This document shows, piece by piece, positions 29,337-45,084 of a DNA stretch of 64,000 nucleotides (its first letter is position 1; every line of letters starts with the position of its first letter). The DNA is from Eledone cirrhosa (lineage: Eukaryota). The position numbers and the translations under genes are program-made. Below the pieces are notes generated by a model that saw only the letters and a program-made list of their open reading frames with translations, was not told the DNA's origin and ran no database searches. The DNA lies in contig OZ024756.1 of assembly GCA_964016885.1 (NCBI GenBank), positions 16,182,001 through 16,246,000 of the forward strand, written 5' to 3'.

Positions 29337-29887
29337 CTCTGTGTGTTTGTATGTATATTTCTATTTCTGAGCTACATGTGTATATATATATATATATAAT
29401 ATAAAGCTGTGTTTATATGTATATGTATGTGATATCACTGTGTTGAGATAATGCGCTATTGTATGTGTATGCATATGTGAGGTTTATAACTCTCTTTCTC
29501 TGTCTGTATGCATATGTGATATTTATAATTGTATGTTTCTGGTTACATTTACAGGTGTGTTTATACATGTTTATGTATAAGTTTGTATATATATATATAT
29601 ATGGGTTTATATAAGCTCTGCTAACTTCTGCTCATATACACTCACATACACACACACAAGCCATAATTACTAGTGTATGTGTGTGTGTATATATATGTGA
29701 GCTATAGTAACTTTTTGTGTGTGTATGTATGTATATATATATATATATATATAGTAATAATAATAAAATTGAAGACTATATATATATATATACAAATCAC
29801 ACAATTATCAAAGTTATGTTCAAATCATTTTATTGCTGACAATCGTTTCTTGCAAACTTTCGTTTGGAGTCATCGGAGCATTAGCAA

Positions 29888-30322
29888 TCATCATCATCAT
29901 CATCATCGTTTAACGTCCATCTTCCACGCTTGCATGGGTTTGGACGGGAGTTTTCCCACTTGAGGCAAGAGTGGTTGTCTTGCTCGCATAGGACTGTCTG
30001 GCAGGTTTTCTACAGCTGGATGCTCTTCCTAACACCAACCACGTTTACAGTGTGGACTGGGAGGTTTTTACCGTGTTACTTACACGGCCACATTACAGCG
30101 TGGACTGTGTGTTTTTTTGTTGTGACACCTACACGACCTCATTTGTTTCGGACTGGATGTTGTGGTACCAACATAACTTTACATTGAAAGAGGTGGTGTG
30201 GATGGGGTGGGGGTAGTGGGACGGGGGGGTATTTTTGTTAGAGGTGCCTACTGACTGTAGTAGGTTTCACTTTGTACTTAGGTAAGGCGGGTCTTCTGTA
30301 TTACTGTGTAGCGCCAAAGATC
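29888..30322 (-). mobile_element. RTE 3' end (UTR plus last codons)
   Basis: Highly similar to 5738-6150. Confidence 0.88.
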
Positions 30323-30883
30323 TTTATATATTTGTACATATAATTAACCTCCTATTCAACTGAACAATCATATAGATACATATATATCTTGATGTTATAT
30401 ACATATATATCTGGATGCGACATATATTATACGAGAATTGTACAATAATTCAAATTAAAATTAAAAGTACAGAGTGGAATACATGCAACAGATAATACAA
30501 GGGAATAGTCTAATAATTAAAGAGGCATTGAGAAAGAATGAGGACACTAACAGTGCATATGCAAGCATGTAGAGAGTGCACATGCATTAGTCATATATAT
30601 GAAGGAAACAAGCAAAGGTATTAGGCATAAATAAATACTGTATGGCAAAGGTATCACGTAAAATAACAAAGGTATACAAGCATATCAAGCAAAGGTGTTA
30701 GTATTAAAACTTTGATAACTGTAATTTGTATTCCTTCTCTGTAAAATACCTGATGTTTTTACATTGAGCTATTTCTCTTACTGGTAATAAGGTAGTAATA
30801 AATTACAGACCTTTCCTGTTTATAGTTGTTTATAGTATATACATAACTATAAATAGTATCATTATTATATCTCATATTTTTAA

Positions 30884-31277
30884 GGGCGGTGGATTGGCAG
30901 TATCGGTAGAGGGTCGGACGTCATGCTTTCCAGCATAGTTATGTCCCTTTACGGTCTGAGTTCAAATCCCGTCGAGGTTAACTTTGCCTTTCATCCTTAT
31001 GGGGTCGATAAAATAAAGTACCAGTAATACACTGGGTAATTGCTGGCCTTGTGCCAAATGTAGAAACAATTATTATATCTCATATATTGGCAGGTGAATT
31101 GGCAGTATCGGTAGAGGGTCGGACGCCATGCTTTCCAGCATAGTTATGTCCCTTTACGGTCTGAGTTCAAATCCCGTCGAGGTTAACTTTGCCTTTCATC
31201 CTTACGGGGTCGATAAAATAAAGTACCAGTAATGTACTGGGTAATTGCTGGTCTTGTGCCAAAAGTAGAAACAATTA
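30884..31277 (+). mobile_element. Two tandem SINE family A copies
   Basis: Near-identical units including a shared tatctcatat flank, suggesting local duplication. Confidence 0.9.
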
Positions 31278-31389
31278 TTATATCTCATATATATATATAT
31301 ATGAGAGAGAGAGAGATTGTGCATTAAATTGCATGTTGTCCTCAGCCCATTTGTATATGACATCCAGATCTTGTTGCTAGGTATAGTGG

Positions 31390-31745
31390 CTTATTTTTCT
31401 ATAAGAACCTCTCTTGTAATTGTCTCACCAAGAAGAGGGCATCTCTTGTACTTTTCCCAGGCACAAAACCAAACTGCATCTCATCTAGTTTGACCCTTTT
31501 CTCTAATTAGTTATGGTAATATCCTTTCTGCCACTTTCATAACCTGATCCATCAGTTTTATACCCCTATAATTGCTCTTCTCCAGAGCATCCCCTTTACC
31601 TTTGTAGCAATTTATGAGAATACTGCTGCACCAGTCTTTGGGTATGGCACCAGCATATATAGTCTGATTGATGATGCGTGCAACCAGTTTAGTGCCTACG
31701 TCCCCTGATGCCTTCAGCATCTCAGCAACTATCCCCGACGGTCCA
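31390..31745 (-). mobile_element. RTE RT fragment nearly identical to 22350-22706
   Basis: GPSGIVAEMLKASGDVGTKLVARIINQ shared. Confidence 0.9.
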
Positions 31746-31828
31746 TATATACATATATATATATATATACATATATATACATATATATGTATAATAAATG
31801 TAATCTGAGTTTTTCGAATATTAATAAT

Positions 31829-31978
31829 AATTGTTTCTACTTTTGGCACAAGGCCAGCAATTATCCAGTGTATTACTGGTACTTTGGCAAAGTTAACCTC
31901 GGCGGGATTTGAACTCAGAATGGCAAGGGCCGTAACTCTATGTGTTAAAGCATGGCGTCCGACCCTTTACCGATACTG
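31829..31978 (-). mobile_element. SINE family A with internal deletion
   Basis: Consensus match lacking the atcgacccc..gatgaaa segment. Confidence 0.8.
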
Positions 31979-32130
31979 GTTTGCAATGATGCAAACAGCC
32001 TGTTTCATAAGCCTTATCCGTAGAATGAACCCCTCATTCGCGCTTCAGCGATCTGAGGGCTGCTCTCCCCACCTCCGCCCATGTTTTTCGTGGTCTTGCT
32101 CTATGACGTCTTCCTTCAACTGGCATTTCT

Positions 32131-33925
<1,795 letters not shown>

Positions 33926-34624
33926 GAGTATATTTCGTGTAGTGCAATTCACCATTGAATATTTGCAGTTTTCTTCCTCCCCTTCCACCACCTCTCTCCC
34001 CCTCTACTATTCCCCTCCTCATCTTTTATTCATAATATCTATGTAAATGGCATTTCACTGAAAATTCACTTGCCTCTTTCCACAATTACCCCTCGGATTT
34101 TTCCAGTAAATTCCTTGCTGATGTTGTTTTTGTTGGTCTGTTTGCTGTTGTTATTGTTATTGTCACCATAGTTTTGATGTTGTTCAACTGTTGCATAAGC
34201 TGACCAATTTCAATCAACCCTCTCCCCCCGTCTCCCTCTCACTCTCACACAATCTCTCTCTCTCTCTCACACAATCTCTCTCTCTCTCTCTCAGTTCCTT
34301 TCATTCCGTAACCCCAGCAACTTTCAATTTCCACTCTATCTATCTATCTATCTATCTATCTAACTATCTGACTCTGTCTCTTTGTCTATCTATCTATCTC
34401 TCTGTCTGTCTGCTTATCTCTCTCCCCCTCTCCCTCCCTCTCTCTTTCTCTCTCCTATCCTATCCTATCCTATCTATGTATATTAGTCACTTCCCCTTCT
34501 CACTGTATTCCTCTCTCTGTCTCTTTCAATGTTTCATTAACTATCTTTCTCCCTCAGCCCTATCTTACAATCTCTCTCTCTCTCCCACACAATCCCTCTC
34601 ATCCTCTCTTTCTCATACAATCTC

Positions 34625-34655
<31 letters not shown>

Positions 34656-35251
34656 ACACACAATCTCTCATCCTCCATTGAACAATCCCATAACTTGGTT
34701 CTGATTAGAAAATAATCAGGAATATTTCCAATACCAATACTTTGGGGAGATTCTTTACATTTTAGCCGTATATGTGTGAGTGTGTGTGGATGTGATTGTG
34801 TGGATGTGTGAGTGTGTGTGGATGTGTGAGTGTGTGTGGATGTGTGAGTGTGTGTGGATGTGTGAGTGTGTGTGGATGTGAGTGTGTGGATGTGTGAGTG
34901 TGTGTGGATGTGAGTGTGTGTGAGTGTGTCTTCATGTTTGTTCATGTATTTATTAACCCTTCTACCTCCACTCCTACCTTCCTACTTACACCCACTGCTT
35001 GCCCTTTAATTTGTATCATGCACACACACACACACACACACACATGTTCATTATATATATATAAAGACAAACACACACACACATATATATAGATATACGC
35101 ACACATACACACACGTTCATTATATATATATATATAGAGAGAGAGAGAGACACACACACACACGCATGCATGCATACACATACTCAAATACAGTACAATA
35201 CATCCAAGTGCAAGACACAAATGCAATATATATGTATGCATACACTCATAC

Positions 35252-35282
<31 letters not shown>

Positions 35283-35397
35283 CATATATATATATTGACT
35301 TTAATGCACCAAAATCATACTACTCTCGAGTAGTTAGCTGATGAAAAAGAGATTTGTCCATGTTTTTCATTGTCCATGTCACATGTGCTCAGATTTT

Positions 35398-35441
<44 letters not shown>

Positions 35442-35450
35442 GTGTGAGAG

Positions 35451-35865
35451 TGGGTGGTGGATTGGCAGTATCGGTAGAAGGTTGGACGCCGTGCTTTGCA
35501 GCAGAGTTACGGCCCTTTGTGATCTGAGTTCAAATCCCGCCGAGGTTAACTTTGCCTGTCATCCTTACAGGGTCGATAAATAAAGTACCAGTAATGCACT
35601 GGAGTCGATTTAATTGACTTTCCCCTCGCTCAAAATTGCTGGCCTTGTGCCTATATGAGAAACCATTATTATTAGGCGGTGGATTGGCAGTATCGGTAGA
35701 GGGTCGGACACCATGCTTTGCAGCATAGAGTACGGTCCTTGCCATTCTGAGTTCAAATCTCGCCGAGGTTAACTTTGCCTTTCATTCTTACGGGGTCGAT
35801 AAAATAAAGTACCAGTAATGCACTGAGTAATTGCTGGCCTTGTGCCAAAAGTAGAAACAATTATT
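35451..35865 (+). mobile_element. Two tandem SINE family A copies
   Basis: Consensus match; the first has a longer 3' variant. Confidence 0.88.
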
Positions 35866-36561
35866 ATTAGGCTGTTTATCAAGACCAACTTTGATGTTGC
35901 TTTTAGATTTCATATTTGCTTTGATGTTGCTTTTAGATTTCATATTTGGCTGGAGGCCATTCCTTATGGAATTTATTGTTTCCAGCCCTGCATGAGGGCC
36001 ACATGAGATGACAGGAAGGCCACATGAGGTGACACGAAGGTCATAGGAGATGACACGAAGGCCACATGAGCTGGCACAGAGACCAAATGACATGAGTGTA
36101 GACTGGGTACTTTTGTCGCAACACCAAAACAGCCAGTTTACAATGTGTGCTGGGCACTTTTGTCGTGAGGGCTAGGTGTTCTTTTATCATGTTATCTAAC
36201 ATGAGAAGGACTAGGTGCTCTTTTGTCATGACATCAACATGAGCGCCTAACATGGTGGACTAGGGGCCTTTTTTCTGTCACAAGCATGACCATCTTATGG
36301 GGTGGGCTGAGCACTTTTAGCCATTTCAGTAGCATTGTGTGAGAGTGTTCATCTTTCCATGCTTGTATACATGGGTTTGTCAGTGGTGGAGATTGGAGAG
36401 GTTGGGCTAGGGTGGGGTACCTAGGGTGGGAGAAGTGATGCATGGTACAAGAGACCACTAGATGTTGCTTCATCCCGTGCACATGAGAAGCTGGGTCTTC
36501 TGCAGTTGTGTATAATGCCAAAACAACAACAATAAAATCCCAGGAAAAAACTACCTGGACT

Positions 36562-36614
<53 letters not shown>

Positions 36615-36640
36615 ATATATATATATATGCATATCAGATA

Positions 36641-36816
36641 GGGTGTGGTAAAAACCAGCTAGACCATAACCCACCAGAGTACACGATACTTGGGGTAGTT
36701 GAGTGGGTAATTTGAAAAGATTGAGGACCCTGACAGCTAAGCTCCATCCATTTTGACAGCTAGATCTATCTGTCGAAACGGCCGAAGCTCAGCCGTTGGG
36801 GTCCTGAATCTTTTCA
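36641..36816 (+). mobile_element. Arm-plus-hairpin element, copy C (diverged)
   Basis: Arm tgtggtaaaaaccagctagaccataacccacc; hairpin 36713-36816. Confidence 0.72.
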
Positions 36817-36840
36817 TATGTATATATATATATATATACA

Positions 36841-37250
36841 ATATTAATAAATGGAAACTATATTTATAAAACCATATTTATTTCATTATACATATTTCAG
36901 GGATACCACATTAAATTATGGTATGCCTTCATCAGACAAAATACAATATATAACAGTTTTACAAATAGGTTTGACGTACCCTTTAAAATACAACCATTTC
37001 TTTTGGAGGCTGTCTGGATAGTTTATATAATAAGTCATAGTGTTAAGCACAATTAGAAAAAGATGGAGAGAAAGAAAGAGAAAAGAACAAAGACAGAGAG
37101 AGAGAAAGAAAAGAGAAAGAAAACCTGGAGAAATATCGGAGAGAGAGAGAAATGTCTGATGAAGGCATACCATAATTTAATGTGGTATCCCTGAAATATG
37201 TATAATGAAATAAATATGGTTTTATAAATATAGTTTCCATTTATTAATAT
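36841..37250. mobile_element. Solo Penelope-like pseudo-LTR fragment with inverted ends; hammerheads at 36879-36943 (-) and 37153-37212 (+)
   Basis: 36841-36938 inverted vs 37153-37250; CTGATGA-agg.ataccata/tgtggtat.cct-GAAA-tatgta-TA; related to the pLTR at 48475. Confidence 0.82.
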
Positions 37251-37343
37251 CGTATATCTACTCCAAAAATTTGTCGAGTGCTTTATGTCGGTTATAAATA
37301 TATTTACTTGTTGTATCCCAACAACTTTAAATAGAACTTTTGC

Positions 37344-37402
<59 letters not shown>

Positions 37403-37493
37403 TATACATACGGTAGACATAAATGCAATTCTATTCAAGCACTTGACGTCATGTTACTTCTTCAAAATAAGGACGACGGAGTATATATAGAGT

Positions 37494-37808
37494 GAGGAAA
37501 ATAGAAAGTTGTAGATGTTAAAGAGTCCTTTATTAATAAAGCTGTGATACATATTTCAATGGTGATCATGGTCACTTGATTATTCTCGTGATTTCATCAG
37601 ACAGCAAAATTGAGTAAAAGGTTACTTTTCCAAGGCAGTCCTCGGTGCAAGGAAATGGACAAAATATTATGTTTTTGTTGGGATTGTCCGTTCCCTCGTG
37701 ATCTCCAGAACTTCTGAAGTTCACAAGGGAACGGGCAATCATTAAAATATGTATCACAGCCTTATTAATAAAGGACTCTTTAACATCTACAACTTCGCAT
37801 TTTCCTCA
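37494..37808. mobile_element. Fold-back element with a hammerhead at 37541-37605 (-)
   Basis: About 62-bp inverted ends; gctgt-CTGATGA-(36 nt)-GAAA-tatgta-TC-acagc; extra hairpin 37683-37740. Confidence 0.72.
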
Positions 37809-37812
37809 ATCA

Positions 37813-38162
37813 TCATTTTCATCATCATCATCATCATTTCATTTTACGTCTGCTTTTTCCCTGCTTGCAAGGGTGGGACGGGAACTGATTCTGGCTTGAT
37901 GTCTACAGCTGGATGCCCTTCCTAACACCAACCTCATTTACAGTGAGTGCTGGGTGCTTTTTTCCGTGGCACCTACACAACCACTTTACAGTAGAATGAT
38001 AGGGACCCCAGTCCTTATCTCATTTCTACAGCTGAGTAAACTGGAGCAATGTGAAATAAAGTGTCTTGCTCAAGGAAACAACACATCACCCGGTCTGAGA
38101 ATTGAACTCTCAACCTTTCGATTGCAAGGCCAATGCTCTAACCACTAAGCCATGTGCCTCCA
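37813..38162 (-). mobile_element. SINE family B
   Basis: Matches 2378-2714. Confidence 0.87.
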
Positions 38163-38178
38163 TATATATATATACACA

Positions 38179-38698
38179 CAGTGTGCCCCCCGGCACTCGC
38201 AGTCCCCGGTTTATTCACGGAATCTTCCTTAGAACCTAACTAATAATTGTTCGTGAAAACCACCGCATATTCGTGGAATCCTAAATATCTTCTGTGAGTT
38301 ATTTATGGCTTTTTTCGTGGCAATATATATATTTTTTAACGCTAAATTATTAATAACTGTTTCTACTTTTGGCACAAGGCCAGCAATTACCCAGTGCATT
38401 ACTGCTACTTTATTTTATCGACCCCGTCAGGATGAAAGGCAAAGTTAACCTCGGCGGGATTTGAACTCAGAATGGCAAGGGCCGTAACTCTATGCGTCAA
38501 AGCATGGCGTCCGACACTCTACCGATACTGCCAATCCACCACCCTAAAATTAATATTAATAACATAATACCATATTTGCTGGCCTATATTTTATGTCATG
38601 TTTTGACATTTATAGGCATTTTTATGAACCAAGTCCAATATTCGCGGTTTTTCATTCTTCGCGGATGCTCAGGGAATATAAATACCGGGGAACATCTG
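38179..38698. mobile_element. pogo/Tigger-like MITE interrupted by SINE family A (38356-38544, minus)
   Basis: Homologous to the uninterrupted copy at 59021-59312. Confidence 0.7.
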
Positions 38699-38780
38699 TA
38701 TAAAACTATAAATAAAAGCAACTTATTTTATTCTGTCTAGTTTATATTCTTCCAAAAAGAGATTTTGCCTTAAATTTTAA

Positions 38781-38813
<33 letters not shown>

Positions 38814-39391
38814 GTGTGTGCGTGTGATGTTGCATCAACAACAATTTATATATGAGTGTAATTACATAAAGTGGTACGACTGAGGCCACCCCCCCCCCTA
38901 TTATGAAAACAACCAAAGAAACCTCCTATGAGATACAACTTCGTAGGAGGCCAGCTAAACCTCCATGGGTGTGAGCTGTAGCAACAACAACAACAACAAC
39001 AACAAGGAAACTATGTGATTGTCTATATTTCTATGGATCTCAAGTGTCAGAAGAATTTCATGGCATGGGGTCAAGTTAGGCAGCAAATTAAAACTGGCTA
39101 CTGTTGTAAGAACCATGAAAAAATATATATCCATGAATAAATTGCTGTGATCGTACATATGGAATATTCATCAAGATTCTGATAAATATCATCATACTCT
39201 TTTGCTATTGCTCTTTATTATTCATGAGATGAGATAGAGAAGATAGGTGTTGGGACGTTGATTCATGAATAATATTGAATGTATATCATTTTCAGAACTG
39301 AGATCATCTTGTCAATACAATCTCTCAGCAGGCAGTGTTTGTTGTTCAGTTGGATATATCAATCACTGACCAGTACCCCCCCCCCCCCTCT

Positions 39392-39510
<119 letters not shown>

Positions 39511-39664
39511 CCACTACACCACTCTCCCTCTCTGCCACAACACCACTCCACTACTCCACTCTCTCTACCACTACACTCTCTCTCTCTCTCTCTCTCTCTA
39601 CCACTCCCCCCTCTCTCCCCCACTACACTACTCACTCCCTGCACTACAACACCACTCCACTATT

Positions 39665-39702
<38 letters not shown>

Positions 39703-39919
39703 CACCACTACACCACCCTCCCTCTCTGCCACAACACCACTCCACTCTCTCTACCACTACACTCTCTCTCTCCTCCACATCACCACTCTCTACACTCTCT
39801 CTCTATCTCCATCACTACACCACTCCACTCTCTACACTACACCCCCGCCCCGCTCGCCACCACTACACTACTCACTCCCTGCACTACAATACCACTCCAC
39901 TCCACTCCCCCCTTCTCTC

Positions 39920-41412
39920 TACCAATGAAGCTTGCATGCTCCAATGGATGTGTAATATACATGAATAGCAAAGTATAAATGAACTGAGAGAGAAACTAGG
40001 CCATAAGAGATATCAGATGCTGTGTACAGAAGAGGAGATTGTGTTGGTATGGACATGTGATACATATGAAAGATGACAGCCACATAAAAAGGTGCAGAGC
40101 GCTCAAAGTTGTTGGAATCTTTGGAGTGGGGAGACCCAAGAAGACCTGGGATGAGGTGATAAAAGCTGATCTTGCCCAATTGCACCGTTGAAAGATGATG
40201 GTAAAGGACCAAAGCCTCTGGTGTTATGCAGTAATACAGAAGATCCGCCTTCCTACGGGCAGAGGCTGAAGCTGAAGCGTATATATAATAAGCACCACCC
40301 CACCCTCCCATACATCTCCCATGAGGACAGGCTGAGGAATACATCCAGTGAAGCCTCCAGCCCACACTGTAAAGTGGTCATGGTGGCGACATGACAAAAA
40401 GCACCCATCCCATACTGTAAAGTCGTGTTGGTGTCACAACAAAAAGCACCCACTCCACACTGTAAACTGGTTGTGCTGGTGTCAGAACAAAAAGCACTCA
40501 TCCCACACTGTAAAGTCGTGTTGGTGTCACGACAAAAAGCACCCATCCCACACTGTAAACTGGTTGTGCTGGTGTCAGAACAAAAAGCACCCATCCCACA
40601 CTGTAAACTGGTTGTGCTGGTGTCAGAACAAAAAGCACTCATCCCATACTGTAAAGTCATGTTGGTGTCACGACAAAAAGCACCCATCCAACACTGTAAA
40701 GTCGTGTTGGTGTCACGACAAAAAGCACCCACCCCACACTGTAAACTGGTTGTGCTGGTGTCAGAACAAAAAGCACTCATCCCATACTGTAAAGTCGTGT
40801 TGGTGTCACGACAAAAAGCACCCATCCAACACTGTAAAGTCGTGTTGGTGTCACGACAAAAAGCACCCATCCAACACTGTAAAGTCGTATTGGTGTCACG
40901 ACAAAAAGCACCCACCCCACACTGTAAACTGGTTGTGCTGGTGTCAGAACAAAAAGCACTCATCCCACACTGTAAAGTCATATTGGTGTCACGACAAAAA
41001 GCACCCATCCAACACTGTAAAGTCGTGTTGGTGTCACGACAAAAAGCACCCATCCAACACTGTAAAGTCGTGTTGGTGTCACGACAAAAAGCACCCATCC
41101 AACACTGTAAAGTCGTGTTGGTGTCATGACAAAAAGCACCCATCCAACACTGTAAAGTCGTGTTGGTGTCACGAAAAAAAGCACCCACCCCACACTGTAA
41201 ACTGGTTGTGCTGGTGTCAGAACAAAAAGCACTCATCCCACACTGTAAATGTGCTTGGGGTTCGGAAGGGCATCCAGCCGTAGAAACCAAACCATAATCA
41301 GTTCTGTATGAGCAAGACATGGTCACCTGACCTGCCATTGCTCACAACAGGACAACGCGTCTAACCCATGCCAGCGTGGAAAAATGAACAATGATGATGA
41401 TGATGATGATGA
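39920..41412 (+). mobile_element. RTE LINE 3' end with a 45/48-bp minisatellite (about 40390-41250) in its UTR
   Basis: [11 protein letters not shown] and gggagacccaagaagacctggg (GRPKKTW); about 19 units aaaaagcacc..cactgtaaa..ggtgtca; (GAT)n tail. Confidence 0.88.
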
Positions 41413-41641
41413 TATATGTACTAATATATATCTGTGTATATACATGCATAAATATATATGTATATACACGTGTATAAATCAATATGTGTATATAACAGCT
41501 ATTGGCAAACTGAGTAATTAATCTTGAAAAATGTAGAGTAAGCTCCCTTTGACTATTAGTAATTTTATTTGAAAATAATGTAAAAAATATCGAACAAAAT
41601 CGATTAAAATTCAATGAAATAAAGAAAAACAAAAGCACTGT

Positions 41642-41678
<37 letters not shown>

Positions 41679-41760
41679 TTTATTTCAGTCAATAATTATT
41701 TCCTATGTATTCAGGATTTCGTGTAATTGCCGGTCAACAAACAAACAAACCTCCTTTTAA

Positions 41761-41983
41761 CTCCTTAGCATTTAAATCGGCCAGATCCGGCCAGATTTCT
41801 CTCAACTCTTTCTGTTCAAACTGGCTGTAACTCTGGCTACTCATACTGATGTTAAGGTATTGTTCTCAAAATAAATAACATCAAAATCTCATAGATTTGA
41901 TATTATGTGAGATAATTATGTGAGGCAAAGCCTCTACCGTGAATATATAATGGTAAATATAGAGTAATGTGAATGTTAAAGGG
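41761..41983 (-). mobile_element. piggyBac-like MITE, single-unit diverged copy
   Basis: TTAA on both sides; reverse complement of the 24808 family. Confidence 0.8.
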
Positions 41984-42437
41984 TTAATATAGTATAAGAT
42001 CTTCAGACACACACATACACACATATATAGTGCTAGTGACTACAAAAGTGACTACATTTTATTGTGACACCATCACTACCACCATTTTCCAGAGTGTATT
42101 GGCTGCATTTTCTCATGTTACCAACAACACTGCTACTTTACAGCATGTACTGGATACATTTTATCTTAGCACCAACACAACCACTTTCCTGAGTGTACTA
42201 GATGCATTTTATTGTGGCACTAGCAACACTGCATTACAGAGTTCATTGGGTGCATTTTGTAGCACCAACACAAGAGGACAACCTGAGATGCAGACCCAGG
42301 CTTATCTGAGAGGTAGGGACTCTGATAAAGTACTAGGTGTGATCTGTTCAACACTTGTTAGCAGGGAATATGGACTTTAAATGATGATGATGATGATGAT
42401 AAGGATACACATACAGACTTGTGTATATATATATGTA

Positions 42438-42526
<89 letters not shown>

Positions 42527-42596
42527 GTATAAAAAATATACATGTATGTAGCTATGTATACATATATATAGGTATGTGTACATATATGTACATAAT

Positions 42597-42632
<36 letters not shown>

Positions 42633-43081
42633 TAATTGTGCATGTATATATATATTTACATATATGTAGGTATGTATACATATATGCACATAATTGTACC
42701 TGTATATATATATGTATATATATATATATATATATATTTACATATATGTAGGTATGTATACATATATGCACATAATTGTACCTCTATATATATTTATATA
42801 TATATATATATATATATATACACAAATACAGAGACAGACAAACATAGTTTATATTTTTTAGCATATATACATATTCAAATGTATTCAAATTATCGTTGCT
42901 GTGGTAATATTGTAGCTGTGTATGTGTGTGTGTATGTGTGTGTGTGTGTGTGCAAGCAAACAAAAATTAAATAATAATAAAAAAATCGATAAAAGACATT
43001 CTATATATTGAAATTAACCAACATGTTTTTGCAACAGGACAATTAGAATTTCATTTAAATATATTAATTCTAAACAATCCC

Positions 43082-43118
<37 letters not shown>

Positions 43119-43131
43119 GATACATATATAT

Positions 43132-43470
43132 ATCATCATCATTTCATCATTTCATTTTACGTCCGCTTTTTCCCTGCTCGCAAGGGTGGGACGGGAACTG
43201 ATTCTGGCTTGATTTCTACAGCTGGATGCCCTTCCTAACACCAACCTCATTTACAGTGAGTGCTGGGTGCTTTTTTTCTGTGGCACCTCCATGACCACTT
43301 TGCAGTGGAATGATAGGGACCCCACTCCCTATCATCTAATTTCTACAGCAGAGTAAACTGGAGCAATGTGAAATAAAGTGTCTTGCTCAAGGAAACAACA
43401 CATCACCCGGTCTGAGAATTGAACTCACAACCTTTTGATTGCAAGGCCAATGCTCTAACCACTAAGCCAT
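43132..43470 (-). mobile_element. SINE family B
   Basis: Consensus match; followed by a short inverted copy of its own tail (43471-43508). Confidence 0.85.
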
Positions 43471-43568
43471 GGGAAAAAGCGGACGTAAAATGAAATGATG
43501 ATGATGAATGATATACATATATATATATATAAAGATATACATATATATATATATATATAAAGATATAC

Positions 43569-43603
<35 letters not shown>

Positions 43604-43606
43604 AAG

Positions 43607-43639
<33 letters not shown>

Positions 43640-43642
43640 AAG

Positions 43643-43720
<78 letters not shown>

Positions 43721-43725
43721 TATAA

Positions 43726-43877
<152 letters not shown>

Positions 43878-43901
43878 ATATATATATATATATATATATA
43901 A

Positions 43902-43937
<36 letters not shown>

Positions 43938-43941
43938 ATAT

Positions 43942-44255
43942 CATCATCATCATCAGGTTTAGCGTCCGTGTTCCACGCTTGCATGGGTTTGGACGGGGGT
44001 TTTCCCACTTGAGGCAAGAGTGGTTGTCTTGCTCGCATAGGACTGTCTGGCGGGTTTTCTACAGTTGGATGCCCTTCCTAACACCAACCACCTTTACAGT
44101 GTGGGGCTGGGAGGTTTTTACCGTGTTGCCTACACGGCCACATTACAGCGTGGACTGTCTGGCGGGTTTTCTACAGCTGGATGCCCTTCCTAACACCAAC
44201 CACATTTACAGTGTGGGCTGGGAGGTTTTTACCGTGTTGCCTACACGGCCACATT
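43942..44255 (-). mobile_element. RTE 3' UTR fragment with a duplication of about 112 bp
   Basis: Matches 5738-5960; gactgtctggcggg at 44041 and 44153. Confidence 0.85.
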
Positions 44256-44330
<75 letters not shown>

Positions 44331-44333
44331 ATC

Positions 44334-44388
<55 letters not shown>

Positions 44389-44406
44389 ATATACATATAT
44401 ATATAC

Positions 44407-44608
44407 AGGAACAAGTAAGACCCCGACGGCTGAGCTCAAGCCGTTTCGACGGCTAATTCTGGACATTGCGTCCAGAATTAGCCGTCGAAATGGCTTGAGC
44501 TCAGCCGTTGGGGTCTTACTTGTTCCTATTACCCACTCTACTACCCTTAAGTATTGAGTACTTTGGTGCGTTATGGTCCACCTGGTTCCTTACCACATTT
44601 CCTTTGTT
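44407..44608 (-). mobile_element. Arm-plus-hairpin element, copy D (121-nt near-perfect hairpin)
   Basis: Hairpin 44407-44527 plus the conserved arm. Confidence 0.85.
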
Positions 44609-44694
44609 ATATATATATATATATATATATAAAGATATATATATATATATAAAGATATATATAGATATATATATATAGATATATATATATATAA

Positions 44695-44732
<38 letters not shown>

Positions 44733-45048
44733 ATATACATATATATATATAAAGATATACATATATATATATAAAGATATACATATATATATATAAAGAT
44801 ATACATATATATATATAAAGATATACATATATATATATAAAGATATACATATATATATATAAAGATATATATATATATACATATAAAGATATACATATAT
44901 ATATATAAAGATATATATATATATACATATAAAGATATACATATATATATATAAAGATATATATATATATATATATAAAGATATACATATATATATATAA
45001 AGATATATATATATATATATATATAAAGATATACATATATATATATAA

Positions 45049-45084
<36 letters not shown>

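Noticed and set aside
38922-38950. Hairpin cctcctatga...tcgtaggagg as a miRNA or structured RNA
   Set aside because: Only a 10-bp stem; no recognisable family
40253-41338. Cys-rich repeat protein
   Set aside because: Minisatellite in an RTE UTR, open on both strands
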